Below are positions 37,822 through 46,924 of a stretch of 64,000 bases of DNA, one piece after another. The number at the start of each line of letters is the position of its first letter. Within the stretch, counting starts at the first letter, position 1. The position numbers were made by a program, and so were the translations under genes. The notes under the pieces are model-generated. The model saw only the letters and a list, made by a program, of their open reading frames with translations. It searched no databases and had not been told where the DNA came from. This stretch comes from Clostridiales bacterium (GTDB lineage: Bacteria; Bacillota; Clostridia; Oscillospirales; CAG-272), in contig JAAZIU010000039.1 of NCBI GenBank assembly GCA_012800735.1, forward strand, positions 7,469-71,468. The letters are read 5' to 3'.

Positions 37822-38820
37822 ATGTTTTCTTCATTTAGAAACTATCTGATTACCTTTGTCATATCGCTTGTGATTTTCGGGTTGATCGGATATTTTGCCG
37901 TCAGCTTCGGTCTCCGAAGCTTTGTTCCGGACACGATAATCGGGAACAACGGGTATATCGAAACGGGGATTGATACCTCCTCCGAAACCACTTCATCCGG
38001 CGAAAAACCGGATTTCAGCGCAATAAACGGCGAAAGTTTTACCATGTTGCTGATAGGTACCGATTACCGCCCCGCCATCATGAACGATTATGATGTTTCC
38101 ACCTTCACCGACGGCTTTCCGGACCCAAAACGCACAATCCAAGCCGATACCATAATAATTATCAGGCTTGACAAGGAAAAAGGCGAATGCATGATATCCG
38201 CCATACCTTCTAATATGTCGGTTATGGTTGACGGGGTAAATACCCAGCTTCGCGAGCTTTATTCGGAGAAGAATCTCCAGTTTTTGATAGATAAAATTAC
38301 CTCCGTCACCGGACTGAAATTCGATTACTACGCCTGCATACATATCCAGGATTTCATTAATATAATAGATAAATTGGGCGGCTTCACCTTCGATGTCCCG
38401 GTTGACATGAACTACACCGACCATAAAGAAGGTTTGACCATCAGTATCAGGAAAGGCAAACAATGGCTTGACGGAGCGACTGTCGCAAAGATGCTCAGGT
38501 ACCGCGGGTACAGCGACGGCAATATATCAAGAATGAATCTTGCGGTCAATTTCCTGAAATCGGTGCTGAACTACCTTACCGAACCGCAGTTTATGAGCCG
38601 CGCCCCCGAGCTTTATAAAAATGTTATCGATTATACGAAGACCAACCTATGGGTTGAGAACCTGACGGCGCAGCTCGATCTTATATACGCGCTTCCCAAT
38701 TTTACTTATGTTGACATAACATATCCCGGGACCACAAAGGTATCCGGAGACATTGAGTATTTCGACCCGCAGATTTCCGCGGCTATCGACACATATTTTG
38801 AATACAGAAAACAATATTAA
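37822..38820 (+). CDS. LCP (LytR-CpsA-Psr) family cell-envelope glycopolymer transferase
   Basis: N-terminal TM segment. MLLIGTDYRP and ADTIIIIRLDKEKGECMISAIPSNM motifs. Confidence 0.8.
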   Translation: MFSSFRNYLITFVISLVIFGLIGYFAVSFGLRSFVPDTIIGNNGYIETGIDTSSETTSSGEKPDFSAINGESFTMLLIGTDYRPAIMNDYDVSTFTDGFPDPKRTIQADTIIIIRLDKEKGECMISAIPSNMSVMVDGVNTQLRELYSEKNLQFLIDKITSVTGLKFDYYACIHIQDFINIIDKLGGFTFDVPVDMNYTDHKEGLTISIRKGKQWLDGATVAKMLRYRGYSDGNISRMNLAVNFLKSVLNYLTEPQFMSRAPELYKNVIDYTKTNLWVENLTAQLDLIYALPNFTYVDITYPGTTKVSGDIEYFDPQISAAIDTYFEYRKQY

Positions 38821-38846
38821 AATAATTTTGACAGGAGATAAAAATA

Positions 38847-40250
38847 ATGTCTGAATCGGCAGTTACCATGGATAAAATCGTCGCGCTGTGCAAAAACCGC
38901 GGCTTCATTTTCGCGGGCTCGGAAATATACGGCGGCCTCGCAAACGCCTGGGATTACGGTCCCCTTGGCGTTGAATTTAAAAACAATGTAAAAAAGGCGT
39001 GGCTCAAGAAATTTGTTCAGGAGAATAAATTAAATGTCGGTCTCGATTCCGCCATCATAATGAACCCGGAGATTTGGGTAACTACCGGCCACGTCGGTAA
39101 CTTCAACGACCCGCTTGTCGACTGCAAAGCCTGCAAGAGCAGATACCGCGCCGATAAACTTATAGAAGATTCCCCTCTCGGCGAGAAAGTTGACATTGAA
39201 GCGATGACTTTCGACGACCTTGATAAATTTATCGCAGATCATGAGGACTTGGTTTGCCCGAAGTGCGGAAAGCATGATTTTACGACAATCCGCAAATTCA
39301 ACATGATGCTCAAAACCCAGCTCGGAGTAACCGAGGATTCCTCTTCCGTCACCTATCTGCGACCGGAAACGGCGCAGGGCATCTTTGTAAACTTCGCCAA
39401 TATCCAGCGTACCACCCGCCGCAAGCTTCCGTTCGGCGTCTGCCAGTTAGGAAAAGCGTTCCGGAACGAGATAACCCCCGGCAACTTTATCTTCCGTACC
39501 CGCGAGTTCGAGCAGATGGAATGCGAATTCTTCTGTAAACCGGGCACCAACCCCGAGTGGTTCGAATATTGGAAAGATTTCTGTATGCAGTGGCTGCTCG
39601 ACCTTGGCATCAAAAAGGAAAATCTCCGTTATCGCGATCACGAGCCGGCTGAGCTGTCCTTTTACAGCCGCGCGACCACCGATATCGAATACGCTTTCCC
39701 CTTTACCGACTGGGGCGAGCTTTGGGGAATCGCCGACAGAACAAACTACGACCTCGGTCGTCATCAGGAAGCTTCCGGCAAGTCGCTTGAATATTTCGAC
39801 CCGGACACCAACGAGACATATATTCCTTATGTAGTAGAGCCGTCGCTCGGCTGCGACCGCGTCGTCCTTGCCTTCCTCTGCGACGCATATGACGAAGAGC
39901 GCCTTGTAGACGCCTCCGGCAAGGAAGATATGAGGGTAGTCCTCCGTCTTCATCCCGCCCTCGCGCCGTTCAAGTGCGCGGTGCTTCCGCTCTCGAAGAA
40001 GCTTGGCGAAGGCGCGGGTGAAGTCTACGACATGCTCGCAAAGAAATTCATGGTCGATTACGACGAAGCCGGTTCGATAGGTAAGCGCTACCGCCGTGAG
40101 GACGAGATAGGAACGCCGTACTGCATAACATACGACTTCCAGTCTGTCGAAGACAAGATGGTCACTGTCCGCGACCGCGACACGATGGAACAGGAACGCG
40201 TCCCGATAGAGAATCTCGTGAAATATATTGAAGAAAAAATAGAATTTTGA
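38847..40250 (+). CDS. glyQS: glycine--tRNA ligase (alpha2 type)
   Basis: [57 protein letters not shown]. Confidence 0.92.
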   Translation: MSESAVTMDKIVALCKNRGFIFAGSEIYGGLANAWDYGPLGVEFKNNVKKAWLKKFVQENKLNVGLDSAIIMNPEIWVTTGHVGNFNDPLVDCKACKSRYRADKLIEDSPLGEKVDIEAMTFDDLDKFIADHEDLVCPKCGKHDFTTIRKFNMMLKTQLGVTEDSSSVTYLRPETAQGIFVNFANIQRTTRRKLPFGVCQLGKAFRNEITPGNFIFRTREFEQMECEFFCKPGTNPEWFEYWKDFCMQWLLDLGIKKENLRYRDHEPAELSFYSRATTDIEYAFPFTDWGELWGIADRTNYDLGRHQEASGKSLEYFDPDTNETYIPYVVEPSLGCDRVVLAFLCDAYDEERLVDASGKEDMRVVLRLHPALAPFKCAVLPLSKKLGEGAGEVYDMLAKKFMVDYDEAGSIGKRYRREDEIGTPYCITYDFQSVEDKMVTVRDRDTMEQERVPIENLVKYIEEKIEF

Positions 40251-40259
40251 TAACAAAAC

Positions 40260-40305
40260 CGCTCCGCATAAATCGGATTCAACCGATTAGCGGAGCGATA
40301 TTTTA
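40260..40305 (+). terminator. intrinsic terminator of glyQS
   Basis: CGCTCCGC / GCGGAGCG stem enclosing an inner AATCGG/CCGATT stem, followed by ATATTTTA. Confidence 0.6.
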
Positions 40306-40365
40306 ATTGTTGAGAAATATCCGCTGTCCCTAAAAAGGCGGCGGAGCGGCAGAGAAGAATTGATT

Positions 40366-40995
40366 TTATTGTATAGTATTTACGCCCGGTCGGTCATTTC
40401 GACCGCTTAGATACTTTTCAATTCTTTGATAAATAAACGGAGCCGCAATCATTGTAAATATAAGTTCGGGCAGCATATACATACCGTTGTATATGAGCGA
40501 ATAGAGTACCGGTCGATTTATCCAGGAACGACCGAACAGCTCAAACTGCTCCAAATTTGTCCAGAGCACAATGCCCGAGACGAAATGGCTTACAAATCTG
40601 AGAAAGACGGCAAGCGCAGTTCCGGCTAAAATCCCTACTGAACCGCGATCCCGCCAGATTCCGGCTATGCCTAAAACTGTGTAAGCGATAATGTAGTCGA
40701 GGAAGAAACAGCCGACAAGGATAACCGGCGTCAGCCCCCAGCTCAGAACTTCGCCGAGACTGAGCATAAGGCTGAATATCGAAAATACGAAAGAAGCGCC
40801 GAAGCCCCACTTAAGTCCGTGCCGAATCGAGACAAGGCAGACGGGCAGCATCGAGAGCAGCGTTACCGATCCGCCGAACGGCATCTGAAAAATCTTAATA
40901 AAGCTCAGCGCGACCGAAAGCGCCACCATTACCGCGCATTCGAGCAATATTGCGGTCTTTTTGTTTAAAACCGCAGTCTTTTTGTTTTGATTCAA
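40366..40995 (-). CDS. thiT: energy-coupling-factor transporter S component for thiamine (ThiT)
   Basis: 209-aa multi-TM protein. Motif SFIKIFQMPFGGSVTL. TTG start 8 nt after GGAGG. TPP riboswitch upstream. Confidence 0.75.
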   Translation of the reverse strand: MNQNKKTAVLNKKTAILLECAVMVALSVALSFIKIFQMPFGGSVTLLSMLPVCLVSIRHGLKWGFGASFVFSIFSLMLSLGEVLSWGLTPVILVGCFFLDYIIAYTVLGIAGIWRDRGSVGILAGTALAVFLRFVSHFVSGIVLWTNLEQFELFGRSWINRPVLYSLIYNGMYMLPELIFTMIAAPFIYQRIEKYLSGRNDRPGVNTIQ

Positions 40996-41080
40996 AGCTA
41001 AAACCTCCGAAACATAAAAATAACCGCACCCGCGATACGTTGAGTATCAGCTTATGGGGTCCGGTAATTATATATATTCG

Positions 41081-41180
41081 GTTTCTCCCTGCGCTGGTAT
41101 TATCCATATCAGGTTCAAAGGGTTTTCGCGGCAGGCTCTCGCCATCGCTCTTCTCAGCCGATTTTGTCGGGCACCCCTGA
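41081..41180 (-). promoter_or_regulatory. TPP (THI-box) riboswitch aptamer
   Basis: The minus strand reads CAGGGGTGCCCGACAAAATCGGCTGAGAAGAGC...AAAACCCTTTGAACCTGATATGGATAATACCAGCGCAGGGAGAAAC, which matches the THI-box core. An imperfect terminator-like stem (41024-41064) plus a T-run lies downstream. Confidence 0.85.
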
Positions 41181-41212
41181 ATATTCAGTTTTATCGCTTA
41201 TGCGGTATACAT

Positions 41213-41241
41213 ATTATACTATAATTCTTATAAAAAGTCAA
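41213..41241 (-). promoter_or_regulatory. sigma-70-type promoter of riboswitch-thiT
   Basis: Minus strand: TTGACT (41236-41241), 17-nt spacer, TATAAT (41213-41218). Confidence 0.55.
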
Positions 41242-41304
41242 GTATAATCGCCTCGAAGCAACTGCAAATTAAATAAAATTCAATGCATAATTAATTAATA
41301 ACCG

Positions 41305-41333
41305 TTGAAATCATCGTTATTCGGCGGTATAAT
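41305..41333 (+). promoter_or_regulatory. sigma-70-type promoter
   Basis: TTGAAA (41305-41310), 17-nt spacer, TATAAT (41328-41333). Confidence 0.55.
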
Positions 41334-41406
41334 CAGTATGTTAAATATTTTCTGACTCTGCGACGGGTACAATACGAGCTTTTGTTTTAAAAGGTAGGGA
41401 ATCAAT

Positions 41407-43653
41407 ATGGAATACCTGTTTGAATATCTCAGAAAAAACATAAGCCTCGCCTGGAAGGGGGTCTTCTTTCATATAAGACAGTATGCAAGCTTTTTCATTG
41501 CAATGCTTGTCATTCAGACGATGTACGGAATAGTGACATTTGCAAATGATCGAAACGACGAGCTTGAATACGGTTTTATTTCCGAAGTTTACGATTACGA
41601 TTTAATGTTCATTGATTTGAATGAGCAGCAGCGGCTGACTCTGGTAAATGACACAAGGACGGTTTTCGGCGACGAATATATCTTTGATATTGTAAGGGAG
41701 ACTCCGAGAGACGAGGAAGGCAGCTATGACAGAAGATATGACCTGTATATAAAGTTTGTCGGCGACAAGGATTCGTCACTAATTGAATTTCAGTCAAGAT
41801 ATTATGATGAGCTCGCGTCTCTTTCAAAAGATGGACTCAGAGTATCTGCCTCGCCGATGTTGAGCTATGAGGATAACCGGCTTCAAAGCGCGGCTTATTA
41901 TCTTGCGTTTACCGCAATACTGACCGCGGTATCCGTCTACTTCATAATGAATCTGTATTCGATAAGGCTTAACCATTATAGCTTTACTTATGGTATTTAC
42001 ATGACCTTCGGCGCCGATTTCAAAAAACTTTTCGGTACCGCGGCATGGGAGATGCTGATAATAAACTTCATAACTTTCATCCCGTCCTGTATAATAGCCG
42101 CCTTAATTAACCTTATTATTTATACTGCGGGCGGTTCCGGTTTCACTTTTCATTTTCTCGGCATTTTCAAAGTGCTGCTATTTTCGCTTATTATAACGAT
42201 AGCTTCGGTTTCACTGCCGATGCTGCACTTTTCGCGCCAGGAGACAATGAAAGCGCTGCTCGCGGAGGATAACTCGAACCTCGTTGTTTCGCCGCGCAGA
42301 TCCTTTGATTTTTACAAAAAGAAATATCCGCTGGTATACGAGCTTGCCGGTCTTTGGCGGTTCAGAAGATATTATCTGAAGCAAACGGCGGCTGCGGTGG
42401 TCTTTACCGCAATATTCATTTGCGGCGCCTTTCTTTCGTATGAGAAGGCATATTCGGTAAATCTTGATATGCCGCAATATGTCATAAACTTCGGAGCCGA
42501 CAACGCTTATACTTCAACTGAGTATAAAGAGCTTTCGGAAACAGACGGAATAACCGGTATCGAAAAAAACCTCAATGTCCGCGCAGATGAGATAAAATCA
42601 CACGTATTGTTTTACAAACCCAATGTAAAGACCTCGGAAGTCGCCCTTGACGAAGCTCATCCGGATATGGCGGCGACGAACTTTGTTCTCTACCACCCCG
42701 GAGATGAAGAAATAATCGGTATTCTCGGAAAAGGCGAATACGAAGGCGATCTTTCCGGTATTCTTTCTTCAGATCGAAATATAATAATATCCGATTCCAA
42801 TAAAAATACATACGCTTTTGATATTAATCCGGGCGATAAAGTGCTGATTGCAAAAAACACCGGCAAAATCAAGGAAATCGACGGTATGTTCACCGGACTC
42901 GAGCTTTTGAGGGAACAGTTCAAGTTCTATAGATTCAGCTATGAGGAATACACTGTCTGCGCGGTTTTAAAGGACGACGTAACGATAACCGGCACAAATA
43001 TATATATGTCCGACACGGCATTCACCGAATTGACCGGCAGAGAGGTTGAGTATAAGACCGCTTCGATTTATATCGACAAAAACACCGATGTAGAGACAGA
43101 ACGCGCAATTTTCGACAGTCTTCGCGAATACGCCGGATATTATAACGGAGCGACTGTCCGAAACCTCAACCAATCGATGGAATACAAAGTTGAAAGCTCA
43201 AAGCAAAAGTCGGGAGTTTATGCCGCAGTCTCGGCGGCTGTGCTTATCGGAACCCCGCTTATCTGGTTATTTTCACAGATACTTTATTACAAAAAGCGAG
43301 AAAATGAGTTCGATATCCTTCAGGCTTTCGGTTCAACCGGAGGGGAGATAAAAAGGATTTTTATCATAGACGCGGTTTTCAGCGCAGTCTTGGGAATTTT
43401 ATTCTGTTCTCTTATGGACTGGTTTGCTCTGAAGGGAATATATTATTTTACAAACGTAGTCTTGCCTATGTTTTACAGAGAATCGATAAGATACCCGTTT
43501 GTAATCCCGGTATGGGCTTTGGCGACAGCTTTGGCGCTTACCCTGATATCCGCTCTTTCTTCATCTTTAGTACCGTATATGCTCTATCTCAAAAGCAAAA
43601 AAGTTAAGAAAGAGCCTTCCGATTTATCATCCGAAACCGACGATGCGGGCTGA
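41407..43653 (+). CDS. FtsX-like ABC transporter permease (748 aa)
   Basis: Multiple TM segments flank large extracytoplasmic regions. Followed 20 nt later by a MacB/LolD-type ATPase. Confidence 0.65.
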   Translation: MEYLFEYLRKNISLAWKGVFFHIRQYASFFIAMLVIQTMYGIVTFANDRNDELEYGFISEVYDYDLMFIDLNEQQRLTLVNDTRTVFGDEYIFDIVRETPRDEEGSYDRRYDLYIKFVGDKDSSLIEFQSRYYDELASLSKDGLRVSASPMLSYEDNRLQSAAYYLAFTAILTAVSVYFIMNLYSIRLNHYSFTYGIYMTFGADFKKLFGTAAWEMLIINFITFIPSCIIAALINLIIYTAGGSGFTFHFLGIFKVLLFSLIITIASVSLPMLHFSRQETMKALLAEDNSNLVVSPRRSFDFYKKKYPLVYELAGLWRFRRYYLKQTAAAVVFTAIFICGAFLSYEKAYSVNLDMPQYVINFGADNAYTSTEYKELSETDGITGIEKNLNVRADEIKSHVLFYKPNVKTSEVALDEAHPDMAATNFVLYHPGDEEIIGILGKGEYEGDLSGILSSDRNIIISDSNKNTYAFDINPGDKVLIAKNTGKIKEIDGMFTGLELLREQFKFYRFSYEEYTVCAVLKDDVTITGTNIYMSDTAFTELTGREVEYKTASIYIDKNTDVETERAIFDSLREYAGYYNGATVRNLNQSMEYKVESSKQKSGVYAAVSAAVLIGTPLIWLFSQILYYKKRENEFDILQAFGSTGGEIKRIFIIDAVFSAVLGILFCSLMDWFALKGIYYFTNVVLPMFYRESIRYPFVIPVWALATALALTLISALSSSLVPYMLYLKSKKVKKEPSDLSSETDDAG

Positions 43654-43673
43654 AAACACAAAGAGGTGAAAAA

Positions 43674-44366
43674 ATGCTGATATTGCAAGCTGAAAGCGTA
43701 ATAAAGCAGTACCGTCAGTATGACGAGGTGATATACGCAGTCAACCGCGCCAGCCTGAAAGTGGAAGACGGGGAGTTTGTCGCCATTATGGGCGCGTCCG
43801 GCTCCGGAAAAAGCACCTTCCTTCATGTCATGGCGGGACTTATCCGCCCGGATTACGGACATGTGAAGATAAGAGGCAACGACATCACCGAAATGTCGCA
43901 GGATGAGCTGAATCGCTTCCGCGGGCAGTTTATCGGAATGGTTTTTCAAAAACATAACCTGATCCCCCAGCTGACCGCTCTTGAAAACATAATGATACCC
44001 ACCGTAATGTGCAACAAAGAAGAATTCCATTTCGAAGAGCATCTCAAAAAACTGATAACCACCTTGAAAATATCTGACAGACTGAATCATCTTCCGTCGG
44101 AGCTGTCCGGCGGTCAGCAGCAGCGTGTTGCGATAGCGAGGGCGATGATCAACCGTCCGCAGGTGCTTTTCGCCGACGAGCCGACGGGAAATCTTGACCG
44201 TGCAAACGCGGATGAGGTTCTTGAGTTGCTGCTTAAGACCAGAGAAGTCATCGGACAGACTATTGTAATGGTGACACACGACATATCGATAGCCGAAAAA
44301 GCCGACAAAATATACCTCATGGATAACGGCGGAATTGAGCTTTATAAGGAAAAAGTCAGCAGTTAA
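43674..44366 (+). CDS. ABC transporter ATP-binding protein (MacB/LolD-like)
   Basis: Walker A GASGSGKST, signature LSGGQQQRVAIARA, Walker B VLFADEPTGNLD. Confidence 0.9.
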   Translation: MLILQAESVIKQYRQYDEVIYAVNRASLKVEDGEFVAIMGASGSGKSTFLHVMAGLIRPDYGHVKIRGNDITEMSQDELNRFRGQFIGMVFQKHNLIPQLTALENIMIPTVMCNKEEFHFEEHLKKLITTLKISDRLNHLPSELSGGQQQRVAIARAMINRPQVLFADEPTGNLDRANADEVLELLLKTREVIGQTIVMVTHDISIAEKADKIYLMDNGGIELYKEKVSS

Positions 44367-44380
44367 CTTGAAAGGAGCAT

Positions 44381-45319
44381 ATGAAAATGAACGGAGCAGA
44401 AAATCTTTATAAAAAGGGTTGGGGAGTTTTCAACCATTACTTATACGGAACGGTAAATGCCCCCTCGCATCCCGCCAATATGGGAAGAGGAGAAACCGAT
44501 TGGTGCAGTTGTACCGAAGAGCTTGACACCGATCTTATGGCGTCGCAGCTTCACGAAGTCGGCGCCGGTTATCTGTTTTTCACCGTTATGCAGGGAAATA
44601 AATATATGGCGGCGCCCAATAAAACATATGATAAAATAGCCGGAACAGCTCCGGGGGAGGCCTGCTCTGAAAGAGACCTGATAGCCGATCTGATTATATC
44701 GCTCGATAAATACGGCATAGACCTTTATCTCTATTACACCGGCGACGGTCCGTATGCCGACGAAAATATCGGAGGGAGATTCGGGTTTTTGCCTCCCAGG
44801 AAAAACGTGTCTCTTGATTTTTCAAAGAAATGGGCGGCGGTTTTGGAAGAATATGCGCTGCGCTATAAAGATAAGGTGAAAGGCTGGTGGGTCGACGGAT
44901 GTTATGATTATTTCGGCTACACCGACGAAAAAATAGAACCGTATTTCAAGGCGATAAAGTCGGGAAATCCCGACGCAGCCGCCGCTTTCAACAACGGAGT
45001 AAAAGAAATCCTGATAAAGCACTATAAAGACGAAGACTTTACCTGCGGCGAATTTAATGACTTTGTTTATATCCCCGAATCGCGTTATATTGAAGGCGCG
45101 CAGGCTCATATCCTCGCCCCGCTCGGAAAATCAACTTCCGGCGGTTCTCAGGGGGAATGGTGCCGCCCCGGCGTAAACCGCAGCGGTGAATATTTAAACA
45201 ACTACATAAACAAGGTAAATAAAGCGGGAGGAGCGGTGACAATCGATATTCCCGTCTTTCGCGACGGTCATTACGACTCGGAACAGCTCGAAGCTTTGAA
45301 GCGGATAAGGATTGAATAA
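44381..45319 (+). CDS. hypothetical protein, weakly alpha-L-fucosidase/TIM-barrel glycosidase-like
   Basis: WGVFNHYLYG, GAGYLFFTVMQGNKY, DLYLYYTGDG and GWWVDG echo the GH29 layout, but the KHHDG motif is absent. ATG 44387 is an alternative start. No signal peptide. Confidence 0.3.
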   Translation: MKMNGAENLYKKGWGVFNHYLYGTVNAPSHPANMGRGETDWCSCTEELDTDLMASQLHEVGAGYLFFTVMQGNKYMAAPNKTYDKIAGTAPGEACSERDLIADLIISLDKYGIDLYLYYTGDGPYADENIGGRFGFLPPRKNVSLDFSKKWAAVLEEYALRYKDKVKGWWVDGCYDYFGYTDEKIEPYFKAIKSGNPDAAAAFNNGVKEILIKHYKDEDFTCGEFNDFVYIPESRYIEGAQAHILAPLGKSTSGGSQGEWCRPGVNRSGEYLNNYINKVNKAGGAVTIDIPVFRDGHYDSEQLEALKRIRIE

Positions 45320-45453
45320 TAATACGCACGGTTTTATAATTAATCCCCATAATCCGTGTGAAATCATGCCGATATGTTGCGTAATTGCCCTTTATGGTGC
45401 AAATGTCACAAAAAATCTTGTGTATAAATATACATATTGTGCCGAAATAATAC

Positions 45454-45482
45454 TTGAAATGTACATAAAAATGCGGTATAAT
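45454..45482 (+). promoter_or_regulatory. sigma-70-type promoter upstream of the arg operon
   Basis: TTGAAA (45454-45459), 17-nt spacer, TATAAT (45477-45482). Lies 385 nt upstream of argC. Confidence 0.5.
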
Positions 45483-45866
45483 ATATTATCATAATATTGT
45501 CAAAGATATATTGTTTAAAGAAAGAACATTCAACGGCGATTTCTCGCCGGATAATCCGGATCCGCGCGGTCCCGAAAACGCTTTTTCAGCGGACCGCGCG
45601 GCGTCCTTTTATACAGAAGGAACGGTTTTTTATGGCAATGCGGGCGGAATGCTTCGCAAATAAGCTCGAATGTGAGATTAATGACTACAACGAGTCGCTG
45701 TATTCCGACTGCCACAGCAATAAATGGGATTTCACATGCTCTGCGGCGCAATGCGGCGATGATTTTAAGAATCGGTTGAAATGCAGATTGCCGCGGTAAG
45801 AGAGGCGGTATCAAAGCCGTCATCGTCATTTATTTCGAAAATTTCAGAGGAATTGTCAGGTGTTTT

Positions 45867-46913
45867 ATGAATAAATTAAAATGCGGCGTGGTAGGCGCCA
45901 CCGGTTACGCAGGCGCGGAGCTTGTAAGACTGCTTTTAAATCATCCGATGACGGAACTTTCCGCTGTTTCGTCTGTTAGTTACGAGGGTAAGACTTATCC
46001 GGATATATTCCCGGCATTCGCCGGTGTCTGCGACCTGCCCCTGATTTCAGCCGATGAACTCTTCGAAAGCCGATGCGATGTTGTTTTTACCGCGCTTCCC
46101 GCCGGTATAACCGAGGAGCTGGCGTATAAGCATAAAGGTTTATATAGCCTTTTGGTAGATATGGGTTCCGATTTCCGCTTCGACGACGAGGAAGTTTATA
46201 ATAAGTGGTACGGCAAACCCTACGCCCATAAGGAGCTTCATCTGAATTCGGTATACAGCATTCCCGAACTGCACAGGGACAACATAAAAGAAGATACCAT
46301 GATAATCGGAAACCCCGGCTGCTATCCCACCTCAATCGCTTTGGGGCTTATGCCGGCGTTGAAAAGCAGCTTTATATCTTCCGAAGGAATTGTCATCGAC
46401 AGCAAGTCGGGAATAACCGGCGCCGGCCGAAAGCTGACTCAGGAAACGCATTATCCCGATGCAAACGAATCGTTCAACGCCTATAAAGCCGGAAATCATC
46501 GCCACACTCCCGAGATTGAGCAGACGCTGTCGCAAATTGTATCAAAGCCGGTTAAGGTAACTTTCGTTCCTCACCTGCTTCCGGTGAACCGGGGAATCCT
46601 TTCCACAATTTACGCAAAGTTAGCGGATGGCATATCGCTCGAAAGCGTTTACGAAGCGTATAAAATGACATATAAAGACGAATATTTCATCCGCACAGAG
46701 CCGCTCGGCTCGTCGGCGAATATCCGCAATGTGCGAAACTCGAACTTCTGTTCGATTTCTCTGCATGAAGACAAGCATACCGGCACTCTTATTATAACCT
46801 CCTGCATTGACAACATGGTTAAGGGCGCCGCTGGGCAGGCGGTACAGAATATGAATATCAGATTCGGCTTTGACGAAAAAACCGGTCTTATGGCAGTACC
46901 GGCTATATTCTGA
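45867..46913 (+). CDS. argC: N-acetyl-gamma-glutamyl-phosphate reductase
   Basis: VVGATGYAGAELVRLL, active-site region GNPGCYPTS. Confidence 0.92.
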   Translation: MNKLKCGVVGATGYAGAELVRLLLNHPMTELSAVSSVSYEGKTYPDIFPAFAGVCDLPLISADELFESRCDVVFTALPAGITEELAYKHKGLYSLLVDMGSDFRFDDEEVYNKWYGKPYAHKELHLNSVYSIPELHRDNIKEDTMIIGNPGCYPTSIALGLMPALKSSFISSEGIVIDSKSGITGAGRKLTQETHYPDANESFNAYKAGNHRHTPEIEQTLSQIVSKPVKVTFVPHLLPVNRGILSTIYAKLADGISLESVYEAYKMTYKDEYFIRTEPLGSSANIRNVRNSNFCSISLHEDKHTGTLIITSCIDNMVKGAAGQAVQNMNIRFGFDEKTGLMAVPAIF

Positions 46914-46924
46914 AAGGTGATTTT

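Noticed and set aside
39447-40256. 269-aa ORF antisense to glyQS
   Set aside because: It overlaps an unambiguous housekeeping gene and has no motifs. The same reasoning applies to 49170-49958 (antisense to argD), 43584-44279 (antisense to the ABC ATPase), 59938-60696 (antisense to the FAD oxidoreductase) and 36949-37650 (antisense to SBP paralog 6).
45497-45799. 100-aa ORF in the argC leader
   Set aside because: It has a TTG start and no RBS, and its R/C-rich composition runs across a strong RNA hairpin. I treat the region as a structured leader; only the internal 55-codon ATG ORF is kept as a possibility.
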